Source of the DNA: Giardia intestinalis
Taxonomy: Eukaryota
Assembly (NCBI GenBank): GCA_000002435.2
Contig: CM018790.1
DNA: 64,000 bases
Strand: one strand, 5' to 3'
Of the stretch, positions 63,126 through 64,000 are shown piece after piece. Each line of letters begins with the position of its first letter. Positions within the stretch are counted from its first letter, which is position 1. The notes beneath the pieces are model-generated. The model did not search any database. It had not been told where the DNA came from and was given only the letters and a program-made list of their open reading frames with translations. Both the position numbers and the translations under genes were made by a program.

Positions 63126-64000
63126 ATGGAGGCTCTCCTGGATTTCTCTCAGCCATTCAACTATTCACTTTTCGTACAAGTTGTAGAAGCCTACCAGCAA
63201 ACAGTAGACTACTCCTTGAAGCAGAGGGCCGCTGATGTGCTGCGACAGTTTCAGGATTCTCCCCAATCAAGCCAATTGTGTATGAACATTTTGTCTCAGG
63301 ACCGCTCCACCCAGACCCCAATGGTTCGCTTTTTTGGTTTTTCTCTATTAGAAACGTTTATTAGGCGGAGCTGGTACGTTATCCCCACGGAGCAGCAACA
63401 AGAATTGTGTTCCTATATAATGAGCTTCGCAGCCCAAACATTAAGTGTTGATGACGTTGTCAGACGTAAGTATCTGACCATTTTCACCTTGATTGCCCTC
63501 TACACGTACCCATCGTCTTACAGTACCTTCCTCAGTGATGTCCTGTCCATGCGCAGCACTCCACTGGACAGGATAAATTCTGTCACAATTCTGACGTCCT
63601 TTTTCGAAGACTTTCGAGTACGTGATGAGCTGCTGAGTGGCCAGAAGCAGGCTATCCAGAGACAGCTATCTTCTGAGATCTCGAACATCCTATTGTATCT
63701 CATGGATTTGTTACGTGATGCATGTGCACAGAGAGATATCTTTCTGCTTTCCTTGCTTCTCAAGCTGTTGGTGGCAGTTGTTTCTTTTTGTGACAATACA
63801 ATCAAGATAGATCAACTGCTACCTTTTATTGATTCTCTCCTTGAATATTGTCATCAGATACTGTCCTTTGGGAACCAGGAGATCTACCACCTTTCTCTGC
63901 AGGCCCTCGGCCATATTTATGCAACCCTAAAGTCTCAGCCAGACGCGCTTATGCTGAAGCTTTCAACGTTCTTTTATAGCACTTGGGACGTGGTATCGCA
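63126..64000 (+). CDS. XPO1: Exportin-1 (CRM1) N-terminus, 3'-truncated by the window edge
   Basis: ATG at 63126 is preceded by 'cttttcaaaaATG'. 'MEALLDFSQPFNYSLFVQVVEAYQQ' matches yeast Crm1 '[25 protein letters not shown]'. 'LKQRAADVLRQFQDSPQS' matches 'QKQAQEILTKFQDNPDAW'. 'FFGFSLLETFIRRSW' matches 'FIALSILDKLITRKW'. The frame stays open to nt 64000. Confidence 0.7.
   Translation, partial: MEALLDFSQPFNYSLFVQVVEAYQQTVDYSLKQRAADVLRQFQDSPQSSQLCMNILSQDRSTQTPMVRFFGFSLLETFIRRSWYVIPTEQQQELCSYIMSFAAQTLSVDDVVRRKYLTIFTLIALYTYPSSYSTFLSDVLSMRSTPLDRINSVTILTSFFEDFRVRDELLSGQKQAIQRQLSSEISNILLYLMDLLRDACAQRDIFLLSLLLKLLVAVVSFCDNTIKIDQLLPFIDSLLEYCHQILSFGNQEIYHLSLQALGHIYATLKSQPDALMLKLSTFFYSTWDVVS

Noticed and set aside
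1-64000. Prokaryotic-type features (CRISPR arrays, operons, Shine-Dalgarno sites, IS elements)
   Set aside because: The gene content (kinesin, CCT, exportin, ESCRT, RING/ankyrin families) and the promoter and polyA motifs are eukaryotic. No short direct-repeat/spacer arrays or transposase ORFs were seen.

Overview
This is a gene-dense, intron-poor 64-kb window of eukaryotic nuclear DNA, most consistent with a Giardia-like diplomonad. Supporting signs are about 50% GC, intergenic spacers mostly under 150 bp, AT-rich initiator-like elements directly upstream of ATGs, AGTRAAY-type polyadenylation motifs just after stop codons, and many ankyrin-repeat proteins with the 'TALMYAA' motif, several fused to degenerate NEK-like kinase domains. 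I recognise these housekeeping genes from sequence motifs: ribosomal protein L19e, ESCRT-II Vps25, TMA16, a kinesin motor, myeloid-leukemia-factor (MLF)-like, CCT/TCP-1 beta, RER1, a Hel308/Ski2-type helicase, an E2F/DP winged-helix factor, RidA, a Hus1-like clamp candidate, GCN1 and the N-terminus of exportin-1/CRM1. Two very large genes are a 2612-aa coiled-coil protein and a 2832-aa GCN1-like HEAT protein. The notable regions are (i) a co-directional tandem array of six ankyrin paralogs (ANK-RING, NEK-ANK, ANK, NEK-ANK, NEK-ANK, ANK-RING) at 31.4-43.3 kb sharing a conserved C-terminal module, with all kinase domains predicted catalytically dead; (ii) a ~5.5-kb GC-rich, ORF-poor island (18.8-24.3 kb) that contains one ~70% GC Myb/SANT-like gene with its own AT-rich promoter; and (iii) near-identical 99-bp intragenic repeats in an ankyrin gene. 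Several ORF-track starts use TTG or GTG and I have re-anchored them to the first plausible ATG. No prokaryotic features (CRISPR, operons), rRNA or tRNA genes could be supported.
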